A stretch of 64,000 bases of DNA from Nemertoderma westbladi (lineage: Eukaryota; Animalia; Xenacoelomorpha). The notes under the pieces were generated by a model. The model had not been told where the DNA came from and did not search any database. It saw nothing but the letters and a program-made list of their open reading frames with translations. Numbering within the stretch: position 1 is the first letter of the stretch; each line of letters starts with the position of its first letter. The DNA lies in NCBI GenBank assembly GCA_032718475.1, contig JAUCBJ010003703.1, positions 1 to 64,000 on the forward strand, given 5' to 3'. Shown here piece by piece: positions 37,313-49,954 of the stretch. Both the position numbers and the translations under genes were made by a program.

Positions 37313-37709
37313 ATCGGCATGCTGCATTGCAGCTGCATTATAGGCCCTATTAAGAATGCTGTCCCAGTGTCCCGGCTTGTTGACAAAAGTGAGCCTGCAC
37401 AACTCCCTTACACTCTTACAGCAGTACAGCCTTATCACCCATGACATTTGCTAGATCATCCACATCTTCAAGGCCAGTGTCCTTTGAGACAGTAAGAAAG
37501 ATGCGTCTCAAGAAAGTCATGGGCTGTCCACCATGCTTATTCACTCCATGAGGTGCACTGGCTGGTCCCCATGACGGAAGCAATGTCCTGCAAAGCGGAG
37601 GCGGCTTTGTTCTAGTGTCAAGCTTGGGGGAACTAATGAGACACCTCCAACTCCAATGTTATATAGTGTCTGGTTGGAGATGTGTGCATTGTACTTGACA
37701 CAGTGAACC
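37313..37709 (-). mobile_element. 3' fragment of the RTE-type element found at 62400-63650
   Basis: Reverse complement aligns with 63209-63569 (GTTCAYTGTGTCAAGTACAATGC...GCAATGCAGCATGCCGAT) with indels. Confidence 0.88.
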
Positions 37710-38910
37710 TAATCAAAACAATTAGTCAATTAACATTAACTCAATAACATAATAGGTTACAGTTTACAGTAGTCTTATTTTTGCCATACGAAAATACCAC
37801 AGGCAGACAGGTATGGGCGCTACCCTATAAGCATTTGACGTCTATTTTCACACCTTAACAGGTATGTGGACGTCATTTTACGTCAATTATGTTTGTTGCA
37901 AGAACTCATCGTTTTGATGGTTGATGTAATTACGTAAAATTACGTCTTGAACACGTCTTGTTGACACGTTCCTGTATGAGACTTATACATGGTGGATATA
38001 ATTACCTAAAATGACGTGTTGAACACGTCTTGATGGCACGTATCTGTGTGATACTTTTCATGGTGGAAATAATTACCTAAAATGACGTCTTGACGGCACG
38101 TATCTGTGTGATGCTTTTCATGGTGGAAATAATTACCTAAAATTACGTCTTGAACACGTGTCTTAATGACACATCTACTTACCACTTACAGACTTACCTA
38201 CTGAATGACTACAGTACGAGTACAGTATATTTAAATTAGTACAGTAGTAGTACCGGCAGACCGGTGCGGTACTACAGTACTACATACTAGACTCAGGCTA
38301 CTGCTGGAGCTGGAGTACAGCTGTACAGGTGACAGGATTGTCATTTCACGTTTGAACCACCTGGCTGCTGACCTACCTGGCCTAACATATCCTGCAGTCC
38401 TGTTTGGTGGCCTCCTGGCTGCCTGGCCTCCAACCTGCAACCTCCAGACCTCTGGACTCTTAAATTTCTTCTTACCAGTAACCTTATGTAGTACAGTTGT
38501 GCAGTGGCAGTAGTAGGCCTCTACACCTACAGTGCTGCAGTATCCCTATTGAAAAGTTTTACCTGTACGCCGACAGCAGGCAGGCTGAACACGTTCGGAA
38601 GTTCGGCACAGCTTTTCAACTTGCAGACTCTAAACACCCAAATCACACAAAATGGGTCTGTTGATATGCATATGTTTAAGGCTGTAAGGCTGACAATTAT
38701 GTAAAACTTTGTTGTTTTCCTATTTCAAAACCATGTGGTTCTGTCTCCCAGTGTGTTGTGCTGCCACTACTACATTCTGAAACATAGGTCCTACATTGCG
38801 AGTAGTACAGGCGAGGATATCATAAATTGGCCTACCATAAATAATATGCAAACAATCTAGGCCTATCTATCTAGGCACATCATTTATTGTGTGGTCAATT
38901 ATTATATAAA

Positions 38911-39565
38911 ATGGACAATAACCTTAAATGTTATGTTGTTATTGAATTTATTTTGGGAAAGCGTGTTGAAGTTGAATGGGCTTTAAGTTCATGGATCATT
39001 TCGTACGATAAAAGAAGTCAATCAGTCTTAACATATTGGCCCCGGAGTGTTGAATCAATGCGAAAAGAATTTGGTAATGTAGAGATGTCAAGTTGGGCGA
39101 AACACCGAGGAACTGTTTTGGCTTTTACAAGTTAGTTCAATTTTGAAATATTTCCTTTATTGTTATCTGATCCATATATCATATATCTCCTTATGTATGT
39201 CTTTTTCTTTGTTCTCTCAGCTTCGTTGATTTTTCAGAGAATTGATCACAAAAAAAGGGTATTATTTAATTTATTAATTTGTGGGTTCATTTAAAGGCAT
39301 CTTGATAGATTTATCTAGTTATTATATATTTATTATAGGCCTATTGTTTTCCCTGACAGAGAATGTTGAGAAGGCTGAAAGACTTGCTGGTGAAGCAGTA
39401 ATGAGAAACGAAATATACTGCTCCGAAAGTGGTAGTGGTAGAGCACCACCAACAGACGATGAGCTGGGCGATAGACACAGGGGGTTGAGAAGAAAAAAGG
39501 GTATTGATTACAGGCAACTCGATACTGGTAATGCTAGTGATGGAGACGATTTGGAAAGTGATAAT
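38911..39565 (+). pseudogene. First two exons of an EnSpm accessory-type gene (N-terminus resembling DUF4806-type proteins)
   Basis: Exon 1 38911-39130 (MDNNLKCYVVIEF..VEVEWALSSWI..TYWP..W..VLAFT), donor GTTAGT. Acceptor CAG at 39357-39359; the phase-1 join is in frame (K-NVEKAERLA..SESG..RRKK). Exon 2 ends at 39565 before GTAAGT. Downstream exons unresolved. Family call from recalled motif pattern. Confidence 0.6.
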
Positions 39566-39619
39566 GTAAGTAAAATGAGTGAGTAACGTTGATGCTAATT
39601 AATACATGTTTATATTTTA

Positions 39620-41080
39620 GGGGTCAGCCATTAATGACGTCCGAGGTCAGAGGGGGGCGAGGGGCTCTTCGAAATCCGGACATCTTCGGATAGGAGTTGG
39701 ATGGGGTTGGCTAAATTAGGATGTCCGATTTTCACTTTTCTTTATTTAGATTAATATAAATTTATCACTACTGTAATAAACGGGTTACCTAATTGGTTGA
39801 GGTCAGACCTTCTTCATTATTTTTCACAATATTTTGAGATTATAGGTAGAATACAGTCCATATGTCTAACACAATTGTTCTTTACGCTCATCTAATAATG
39901 TACCGTCATCATAATGTTCCCACTTCCCACACTATACTGTAGTATTCACACATTTTTCGTTCGTATATTTGCTATTTAGGACATCTTAGTGTCGGGCATC
40001 AAGCCTTCTTCAAAATTCCATTCGATACAGCGGCCACATCCTACCCCATCACCGCTCGACGTTGGTTATTTTAGAGATTGCGACAATATTTCTGTAAGTC
40101 ATTATTTTCAAAATGTCACCGAGACTGTCTGATGTGTGTGTCTGTATATATACAATAATATTTACTTAATAAAATGACTTTACTTAAAATGACTCATGCA
40201 ATATCAGGTCTCCGTCAAATAAGGGGACAACTGACAAAGCAGTGCAAATTATATTTATACAAAACACTAGTATTACCACACCATAACTATTGCTGCGAAA
40301 TTTTAATATCACTCCATAATATTCATGGTTTCAAAGAACAACTATATTCTCTAGAAAAAATACAAAATTATGGTCTGCGGGTAGTACATAGCAAAAAAAT
40401 AGGAACAGAGTTACGGTCACAATCAAAGTTGCCTGCACTACTAAAGGCTCTATTATAAAATTTATTTATTTATTAAATTATCTTTAGGGGCGTAGTAACT
40501 GGGTAATGTAGGGTCTGGTGCTTCAAAAGTACTGTGGTTGCCGACGCTTAATCTCAGCCAATCATAAGCTACGGTTGGCCATTCCCTCCAGGCTTCCACA
40601 ATTGTTTTCTCAATTGTTGAGTTTTGAGATTAAAAGATAGAATAATAATAATAATAATACTTATATATATATATATTGAATTTCCCGTGGGAAAATTTAG
40701 ACAGTATAAAAATAGATTCAGTTTCGGTTCTAGTTTCAGTTTGAAAACCCCCTTCCCCCTCTGTCACATTAATAAATTGGTAATAACGTCAAACAATTAA
40801 TACCCACCCCCCCGCCCCCAGGCAATTTTGGAGTCAATGGCTTCGATGTCCTCCTCAATTTATCGATTATACTCGATATTATTGTTTTTTCATTAAAGTT
40901 ACCCGCTCATCTACAAATGTGTTAAAGTCAAAGTCAACTTAACATTAAAGTATAGAACATCGCCGTGACACAAAAGTCGCCCCCCCCCCCCCCCCCTCCC
41001 TCTGTCACAAAATGTCACGCAAGCTCGACAAACCCCCCCCCCCCCCCAAGTGCGTGTGTGACATACTTTATGAGCGCCCC
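39620..41080. mobile_element. PIF/Harbinger-like MITE ends in the intron (probably two different elements)
   Basis: TTA|GGGGTCAGCCATTAATGACGTC at left and GTGACATACTTTATGAGCGCCCC|TAG at right. TIRs match only loosely and the flanks differ. Confidence 0.35.
40174..40458 (+). pseudogene. Short LINE ORF2 post-RT fragment
   Basis: KLYLYKTLVLPHHNYCC...LEKIQNYGLRVV fits the LY..LV.P...Y / LQ..Q...R pattern of LINE ORF2. Confidence 0.7.
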
Positions 41081-41649
41081 TAGTTCCCTATATGCTTATA
41101 TGCTACTTGTTTGGCTTTTAATATAGCACCATGACAATAAAAAGATTAATCAGGTTGCAATCAAGTACCGTACCGTACCTGTACTTATTTTTTCAATTGG
41201 AATCAATTGGATCTGGTTCGATTCCTCGATTCCGTACATCTCATCAGTTATTAGTTTGTATAAAAATCACCTTTTTGTTTATTTTTGTTTTAGACTAGAG
41301 GCAGTACAGGTTCTAGATGCTTGGGATAGGGATAATATGCAGATGCAGACAATTAACCAGGAACAGTTGAGGACATTAACTACTGATCCCGGATTCCAGT
41401 TATCGGTTAATCCAGGAACTGTCGGGACGCTTAATCCTGGTTGTAACTCGGGGTCGCTTACACCACGAACTATCGGTCCGCTTAATCCCGGTTGTAACTC
41501 GGGGTGGGGTCTCTTACTCCTCCAGGAACTGGAGATGTGAATGAGGGCGCACGTACGGAGGCCCGTCGAAAGCCGTATGAAATATTAATGGATAAACTAA
41601 ATACCATAATTGAGACACAGAAGTTTCACAGTAAACTGCTTAGTAACAG

Positions 41650-44600
41650 GGTAATATGGTAATATGGTGGGTGTGAGTGGGTGGGTAGGAAGGTAATGAG
41701 GTGGGTGTGAGTGGGTGGGTAGGAAGGTAATGAGGTGGGTGTGAGTGGGTGGGTAGAAAGGTAATGAGGTGTGTGTGAGTGGGTAGGAAGGTAATATGGT
41801 GGGTGTGAGTGTGTAGGAAGGTAATATGGTGGGTGTGAGTGGGTAGGAAGGTAATATGGTGGGTGTGAGTGTGTAGGAAGGTAATGAGGTGGGTGTGAGT
41901 GGGTAGGAAGGTAATGAGCTGGGTGTGAGTGGGTGGGTAGGAAGGTAATGAGGTGGGTGTGAGTGGGTGGGTAGGGAGGTAATGAGGTGGGTGTGAGTGG
42001 GTGGGTAGGAAGGTAATATGGTGGGTGTGAGTGGGTGGGTAGGAAGGTAATGAAGTGGGTGTGAGTGGGTGGGTAGGAAGGTAATGATGGTGGGTGTGAG
42101 TGGGTGGGTAGGAAGGTAATGATGGTGGGTGTGAGTGGGTAGGAAGGTAATGATGGTGGGTGTGAGTGGGTAGGAAGGTAATGATGGTGGGTGTGAGTGG
42201 GTAGGAAGGTAATGATGGTGGGTGTGAGTGGGGTAGGAAGGTAATGAGGTGGGTGTGAGTGGGTAGGAAGGTAATGAGGTGGGTGTGAGTGGGTGGGTAG
42301 GAAGGTAATATGGTGGGTGTGAGTGGGTGGGTAGGAAGGTAATATGGTGGGTGTGAGTGGGTAGGAAGGTAATGAGGTGGGTGTGAGTGGGTGGGTAGAA
42401 AGGTAATGAGGTGTGTGTGAGTGGGTAGGAAGGTAATATGGTGGGTGTGAGTGGGTAGGAAGGTAATATGGTGGGTGTGAGTGGGTAGGAAGGTAATATG
42501 GTGGGTGTGAGTGGGTAGGAAGGTAATATGGTGGGTGTGAGTGGGTAGGAAGGTAATATGGTGGGTGTGAGTGGGTAGGAAGGTAATATGGTGGGTGTGA
42601 GTGGGTAGGAAGGTAATATGGTGGGTGTGAGTGGGTAGGAAGGTAATATGGTGGGTGTGAGTGTGGTAGGAAGGTAATATGGTGGGTGTGAGTGGGTAGG
42701 AAGGTAATATGGTGGGTGTGAGTGGGTAGGAAGGTAATATGGTGGGTGTGAGTGGGTGGGTAGGAAGGTAATATGGTGGGTGTGAGTGGGTAGGAAGGTA
42801 ATATGGTGGGTGTGAGTGGGTAGGAAGGTAATATGGTGGGTGTGAGTGGGTAGGAAGGTAATATGGTGGGTGTGAGTGGTGGTAGGAAGGTAATATGGTG
42901 GGTGTGAGTGGGTGGGTAGGAAGGTAATATGGTGGGTGTGAGTGGGTAGGAAGGTAATATGGTGGGTGTGAGTGGGTAGGAAGGTAATATGGTGGGTGTG
43001 AGTGGGTAGGAAGGTAATATGGTGGGTGTGAGTGGGTAGGAAGGTAATATGGTGGGTGTGAGTGGTGGTAGGAAGGTAATATGGTGGGTGTGAGTGGGTA
43101 GGAAGGTAATATGGTGGGTGTGAGTGGGTAGGAAGGTAATATGGTGGGTGTGAGTGGGTAGGAAGGTAATATGGTGGGTGTGAGTGGGTGGGTAGGAAGG
43201 TAATATGGTGGGTGTGAGTGGGTAGGAAGGTAATATGGTGGGTGTGAGTGGGTAGGAAGGTAATAGGTGGGTGTGAGTGGGGTAGGAAGGTAATAGGTGG
43301 GTGTGAGTGGGTGGGTAGGAAGGTAATATGGTGGGTGTGAGTGGGTAGTGAAGGTAATATGGTGGGTGTGAGTGGGTAGGAAGGTAATATGGTGGGTGTG
43401 AGTGGGTAGGAAGGTAATATGGTGGGTGTGAGTGGGTAGGAAGGTAATATGGTGGGTGTGAGTGGGTAGGAAGGTAATATGGTGGGTGTGAGTGGGTAGG
43501 AAGGTAATATGGTGGGTGTGAGTGGGTAGGAAGGTAATATGGTGGGTGTGAGTGGGTAGGAAGGTAATATGGTGGGTGTGAGTGGGTAGGAAGGTAATAT
43601 GGTGGGTGTGAGTGGGTAGGAAGGTAATATGGTGGGTGTGAGTGGGTAGGAAGGTAATATGGTGGGTGTGAGTGGGTAGGAAGGTAATATGGTGGGTGTG
43701 AGTGGGGGTAGGAAGGTAATATGGTGGGTGTGAGTGGGTAGGAAGGTAATATGGTGGGTGTGAGTGGGTAGGAAGGTAATATGGTGGGTGTGAGTGGGTA
43801 GGAAGGTAATATGGTGGGTGTGAGTGGGTAGGAAGGTAATATGGTGGGTGTGAGTGGGTAGGAAGGTAATATGGTGGGTGTGAGTGGGTAGGAAGGTAAT
43901 ATGGTGGGTGTGAGTGGGTAGGAAGGTAATATGGTGGGTGTGAGTGGGGTAGGAAGGTAATATGGTGGGTGTGAGTGGGTAGGAAGGTAATATGGTGGGT
44001 GTGAGTGGGTAGGAAGGTAATATGGTGGGTGTGAGTGGGTAGGAAGGTAATATGGTGGGTGTGAGTGGGTAGGAAGGTAATATGGTGGGTGTGAGTGGGT
44101 AGGAAGGTAATATGGTGGGTGTGAGTGGGTAGGAAGGTAATATGGTGGGTGTGAGTGGGTAGGAAGGTAATATGGTGGGTGTGAGTGGGTAGGAAGGTAA
44201 TATGGTGGGTGTGAGTGGGTAGGAAGGTAATATGGTGGGTGTGAGTGGGTAGGAAGGTAATATGGTGGGTGTGAGTGGGTAGGAAGGTAATATGGTGGGT
44301 GTGAGTGGGTAGGAAGGTAATATGGTGGGTGTGAGTGGGTAGGAAGGTAATATGGTGGGTGTGAGTGGGTAGGAAGGTAATATGGTGGGTGTGAGTGGGT
44401 AGGAAGGTAATATGGTGGGTGTGAGTGGGTAGGAAGGTAATATGGTGGGTGTGAGTGGGTAGGAAGGTAATATGGTGGGTGTGAGTGGGTAGGAAGGTAA
44501 TATGGTGGGTGTGAGTGGGTAGGAAGGTAATATGGTGGGTGTGAGTGGGTAGGAAGGTAATATGGTGGGTGTGAGTGGGTAGGAAGGTAATATGGTGGGT

Positions 44601-45192
44601 GTGAGTGGGTAGGAAGGTAATATGGTGGGTGTGAGTGGGTAGGAAGGTAATATGGTGGGTGTGAGTGGGTAGGAAGGTAATATGGTGGGTGTGAGTGGGT
44701 AGGAAGGTAATATGGTGGGTGTGAGTGGGTAGGAAGGTAATATGGTGGGTGTGAGTGGGTAGGAAGGTAATATGGTGGGTGTGAGTGGGTATGGAAGGTA
44801 ATATGGTGGGTGTGAGTGGGTAGGAAGGTAATATGGTGGGTGTGAGTGGGTAGGAAGGTAATATGGTGGGTGTGAGTGGGTAGGAAGGTAATATGGTGGG
44901 TGTGAGTGGGTGGTAGGAAGGTAATATGGTGGGTGTGAGTGGGTAGGAAGGTAATATGGTGGGTGTGAGTGGGTAGGAAGGTAATATGGTGGGTGTGAGT
45001 GGGTAGGAAGGTAATATGGTGGGTGTGAGTGGGTAGGAAGGTAATATGGTGGGTGTGAGTGGGTAGGAAGGTAATATGGTGGGTGTGAGTGGGTAGGAAG
45101 GTAATATGGTGGGTGTGAGTGGGTAGGAAGGTAATATGGTGGGTGTGAGTGGGTAGGAAGGTAATATGGTGGGTGTGAGTGGGTAGGAAGTA
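41650..45192. repeat. 30-bp G-rich minisatellite, about 3.5 kb (over 100 units)
   Basis: (GGTAGGAAGGTAATATGGTGGGTGTGAGTG)n, nearly perfect from about 43350 to 45190, with 34-bp and substitution variants concentrated at 41650-42420. Confidence 0.98.
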
Positions 45193-46588
45193 ACTCATGT
45201 CATATGTCATATTGTAATGTCATATACTATTTTACACAACTATTGCTCCCATTAATGCTCATTCATTAAAAATATTCATTTTAACATAACATTTTTTGAC
45301 ATTTATGTGGTCATTAAACTGTTTTCAGTTTATCTACCCAAAAAAAAATTTTATATAAGTAAAAATAATCCGAGCAGGAAAGGGATAAGATAAATACAGT
45401 TTTATATTTTTACTGAATTTTTTACTGTATTTTTACTTGATTCTCTTGATTTTACATTTCCTCTCCATCTTGTAATTTTTATATTCATTTCCAAATCAAA
45501 CTTGTGCTAAATATATCAGTGCTATTTTAATTTGTGTTTATTAGTTGATAATTAACAATTTATTCGGATATTAAATTTATCGTACATTGGTTACATTATA
45601 TAATAATGTTTTTTCTTTATTATAGTATCAACAAACACCGTCAAGAAAGTAAAATCAATTTCAATCATAACTGTCACGGATCTAAGCGATGTAAAAAGCG
45701 ACGCGTACGTGCTTGTGTGGTGTAGTTATTTGGCGTCTGTTATTGGTACGTGTCTAGCACGTCATTTGACGTGCTTGTGTGGTGTTCCAGTGTAGTATTT
45801 GACGTCTGATGACGTAATTGACACGTGTCTAGCAAGTCATTTGACGTAAACTGTAGCACGTCATGGTTTGTCGTGCTCAAACACGTGTTTGACACTTCCA
45901 AAATACACGTAGCCAGGACGTCATTTTCAACACGTTGACGTCAAATAATTACGTCGTATCCACGTGTTTTAGACGTGTTGATGCTTATAGGGTAGGTATG
46001 GGTATGAATGAACTATACAGCTATAACTCAACTACCGCTACTGCGGTATTCACCGCTAAGGCAGTAAGGCTACTACCGCAAAGCCATACCACTACCGCAA
46101 AAAGTAACTACTGATGTCTGACTGTACGTGCTGATGTGTGCGATCCCTGCTTATAACTGTATAATACTTATATTTATTAATTTGATCATTAAAATAATGT
46201 TGCATTGTAATTATGTAATATATATGTACTGATACAGGATGCAGTTTTGATTGAAATACCGATATACAGTATGGCAGCATGGTTACCTACACTTGGAGTT
46301 GTACTAAAGTCCAATATTGGACTTTGCTGCTTTGGAGTCCAAAATTGGACTTGAAGTCTAAAATTGGACTTGAAGTCCAATTTTTGACTTCTCACCGACT
46401 GACAGTCTAAAATAAATAAAAATCATGTAAAATTAATTAAAAACCAAGATTTGCATAATTTCCCTATAGGGAAAACTTTCATTTCCCTATAGGGAAACAC
46501 AATTTTCCCTATAGGGAAATAAATAAGTTTCCCTATTGGGCTAATTTCCCAGACTGGCAGAATTTCCGTGCTCGCTACGCTCGCCAGC

Positions 46589-46695
46589 CAGGGCTGGCAA
46601 AGTAGGTATTTGTAAACCTAGGTTTTTGTAGGTTTTTGTCAAAAACCTAAAATTTGAAAAAAGCCTAAAACTAGGTTTTTAGGTTTTTGATTTTT
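46589..46695 (+). mobile_element. Orphan left end of a hAT-like MITE
   Basis: CAGGGCTGGCAAAGTAGG followed by TAGGTTTTT/AAAACCTA subterminal repeats; matching end not found in the window. Confidence 0.45.
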
Positions 46696-47299
46696 CATCT
46701 TTAATTTGCCTTTTAATTTCATTTGTACTGTACACTCAAAACAACTGAACAAGTCAACTTGCATTGTCAGCTGATGAGTTCCAGTCCAGTCCAGTTGTCT
46801 TGTCACTACTGACAATAAGCTGACTGATGCAAGTTAGCGAATGCAAGTTAGCAGTCAGATGGTCCGGTACCGGCTGACCGGTGACTCAATTACCTGACTA
46901 CAGACCTACTGCCTAAATGCAACAATGGCACACCAACTGACTGACTGACACTGATATACTACTGTTGTACTACTACCAGACTTACCTGACTACAGCAATA
47001 TTTATACTGCCTGACAGTGACAGACTGATGCTGTAATGCAAAACACCACAGTACTGTAATAATAGGCCTACAGCCAACAGCTACAGAGTCACTGTTGACT
47101 TGAGAATAATCATCTGGACCAATCAGGAAACAGTATTCGCCTACGTATATGCATACATGTATGTGAAATCGCTCAATGTAATGTATAGATAAGTGGATAC
47201 GTACGCACATACCACATACTGTACGTGGATACTTACGGCATACGTTGAAAAGTAAAACCCTTTATACTGTGTATGCTGTTGAAGTAGGCAGGTAGGCTA

Positions 47300-49349
47300 C
47301 AGGGCTATCCTCCCTATCATACAGTAGTATCCAATATTCTTACCATATATCAACGACAGTGATATAGCCATAACCAACAAGTCATCAGCCAACACAATCA
47401 CAGATCCAACACTAAATAATCCCGCACCTACTTGTTTATCACTGAAATTAGCTGATGATTCAAACATTTTAGCAGCTCATGATAACATAGACCAACTATC
47501 TATTTCATTGTCAGCGACACTAACCAACATCTACAACTGGGCAACAGATAATAAACTGAGCTTAAATTTTAAGAAAACAACAGCGATCATCTTTGGAACA
47601 CACCATAAACTTGCGCGAAATAATAACTTAAAGGTCGTATGTAATGGAATTGATATTGAACAAAGGACAAGCATTAAGTATCTTGGTTGTCATCTCGACA
47701 TGGATCTATCAGGTAACACCATGGCCGCTCAGGTCATAAAAAAGGGAAATAAAAACTTAAGATTTTTATACAGACAAGGGGCCTTCCTAGATTTCCACTT
47801 GAGAAGACAACTTTGTAACACCCTGATCCAACCACATATGGATTTTGTAGCTTCAAGTTGGTACCCAAGTACATCCAAAAGACTAATAAACCAACTTCAT
47901 GCTTTACAAAGAAAATGCATACGTTTCTGCCTCAGATTACCAAGCCGCACGCATATCACTCAATGGCACTACAACGAATTGTCTTGGTTACCAATTGAAT
48001 GGCGTATAAACCAGTTATTAGCGACGCACATGTACCGGATAACGCGCTCACTTTCACCGCCATACCTTAGTTCCCTTGTTCGATTCAACTCTGTGTCTAT
48101 TGATCTCCGGGGTGGTAACAGTCGCGCGATAGTCCCATCGAGGCACACGGTTACGGGATGCGAATGTTTCTCGTTTATGGGGCCAACTATATGGAATGCG
48201 ATACCCTTAGACGTGCGCAATGCGGTATCCGTGGAAGCTTTTAAACATAATATCAAAACACATTTCCTGAGTAAACTAACTTCCAACGAAAATACAATAT
48301 GGGAATATTGAATATCAATGATTGAATGTGAATCATATAACTGCATCCCAGACCCCACTCAGCCGAAACGTCTGTTACCTGACGCTGACATCCGCACCCC
48401 CCCCCCCCCCCCCCCCCCCCAACCGACATGCCACATTAAACTTAAAAGATCGAGGTTTTTTATCATGATTGATTGTAAATATTATATCTTAATAGTTGTT
48501 TATGATCTATTTGTCTATTTTCTTTTTATTATTCATTTTTATTAATTTCGGTTTTTATTTTAATTAATTGTCTACAGTAGTTTAGTAATAAGTTCAAAGA
48601 TTTTCTTTATAATTTTCAATATTGTCAATTTTATTTATAGTTTTAAATATTCTCTGTCTTAGTTATGATTTTAAATATTGACCATTTTAGTTATAATTTT
48701 AAATATTGTTTATTTCAGTTAAAATTTTAAACATTGTCTACTTTTGTATTATTCCTCGAGGACCCTCATGGAAACGAGGTTTTACCTCATGAGGCAATCC
48801 TCAAGCGCCACCTCACTCAAATTTACGTTGCAAACTGTATCAGACAAACTATATTTTCTATTTCTTTTTAATATATGTCCTGCTTCTCCGTTGTATATGT
48901 ACAGTAATTTGTTCTTACTACACTTTTTAAAATAATAACAATTTTATTTTAAAGCATGCGGGAGGCGAATTTTAATTTCAATTTTAGTTAATTATCATTA
49001 TTATTAGTTGATCCAGCACTTAATGTAATCAACCACTGCCATGTTTTATTGAACATATCAAAGTTTTAATTAGAATGTAATCTTATACAGTATGTTTTAC
49101 CTTTACTTTTAATGCATTTGTGTTCGTATTGTACGTTGTGTTGTCTTGTATTAGTAAGCATCATATCCTCCCATTCATTGTTCCATTATATTACTGTGAA
49201 TTGTAATCATTGTATACTTAGTGAATAGATTATATACATAGTCGAGTCATTTTTGTTTAGTTTAAGAAGATATAATTTGTTTCCATTTGCGTCTCTATTA
49301 TTGTTTCTATAGTGTTTTGGTGTAATAAAAAACTTCAAAACTTCAAACT
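47300..49349 (+). mobile_element. 5'-truncated CR1-group (L2/Crack-like) LINE
   Basis: YIND..ADDSNI upstream. ORF 47508-48311 contains WATDNKLSLNFKKT, IKYLG, LCNTLIQPHMDF and WNAIP. 3' UTR stem-loop at 48760-48800. Possible AATAAA + AAACTTC tail at 49324-49349 (3' end uncertain). Confidence 0.85.
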
Positions 49350-49954
49350 ATGAGCTGATCAGTCATTATTGCTATTGGTCACAATCAGTTTATTTATTAC
49401 ATATTGCTTTAATCATTTAAATAAAACTGCACATACAGTAATATAACAGGAGAAAGTTGAACAGTGAATAAAACTAAAGGACTTACTACAGTCGGGGTCT
49501 CAAAGTGCATCTGTTCTTTGAGATTTTCTCAAAGTTTTTCTAAAAGTGTCTAAAAGTCATTACATTACTCCCAACGGCCGCTTTAAATTCTTGTACAGTA
49601 GACACTTTTAGTTGGGTATCTCAAACTTTGAGAAATGTCACTTAATTACATTTAAAGCGGAACGAATGTTGAAATATGTGAGCATTTTTAAATAAAATAT
49701 CAAGGAATTCAGATGGCTGTTTAATGTGTGTGACGTCACAGTAATTCCGGCTGGCACATTTTACATTGTATACAGAATAATAAAATTTGCATTAAATAAT
49801 TATTTGAAAGGAGGGAAGCTCATTTTTATTTTAAGGACAGAAAATTGTTGATTCCTGTCGTAATAGAACAACTCGGGTCTGTCAATGTTTTCGTAAACAG
49901 TAATAAGACCGGCGTTGTCCAGCAACTGAGTAAACAATGTATGAGTAGTTGGAT

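Larger units (their letters stand above)
37823..45992 (+). mobile_element. Animal EnSpm/CACTA-type (CCC-ended) non-autonomous element
   Basis: TA|CCCTATAAGCAT ... ATGCTTATAGGG|TA (2-bp TSD). Long GACGTC/CACGT subterminal repeat fields (37835-38165, 45700-45980). Contains a spliced accessory-gene remnant; no transposase seen. Confidence 0.78.
36333..46401. mobile_element. CAGTC-ended TIR element B with 5-bp TSD (hAT5-like)
   Basis: TIRs CAGTCGGTGAGAAGTCAAAA / TTTTGACTTCTCACCGACTG. TSD ACAGT (36328-36332, 46402-46406). AGTCCAAAATTGGACTT subterminal palindromic repeats at both ends. Confidence 0.88.
27808..46556. mobile_element. CAGTC-ended TIR element A with 5-bp TSD (hAT5-like), inflated to 18.7 kb by nested insertions
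   Basis: 29-bp TIR CAGTCTGGGAAATTAGCCCAATAGGGAAA and its reverse complement at 46528-46556. TSD GCAGA (27803-27807, 46557-46561). CCCTATAGGGAAA subterminal motifs at both ends and around 28051-28084 and 34163-34230. Confidence 0.85.

Noticed and set aside
41626-45210. 1194-aa His/Pro/Tyr-rich ORF
   Set aside because: It is the C-rich strand of the 30-bp minisatellite, which has no stop in any frame. The peptide switches between three frames at indels, so there is no evidence of coding constraint.
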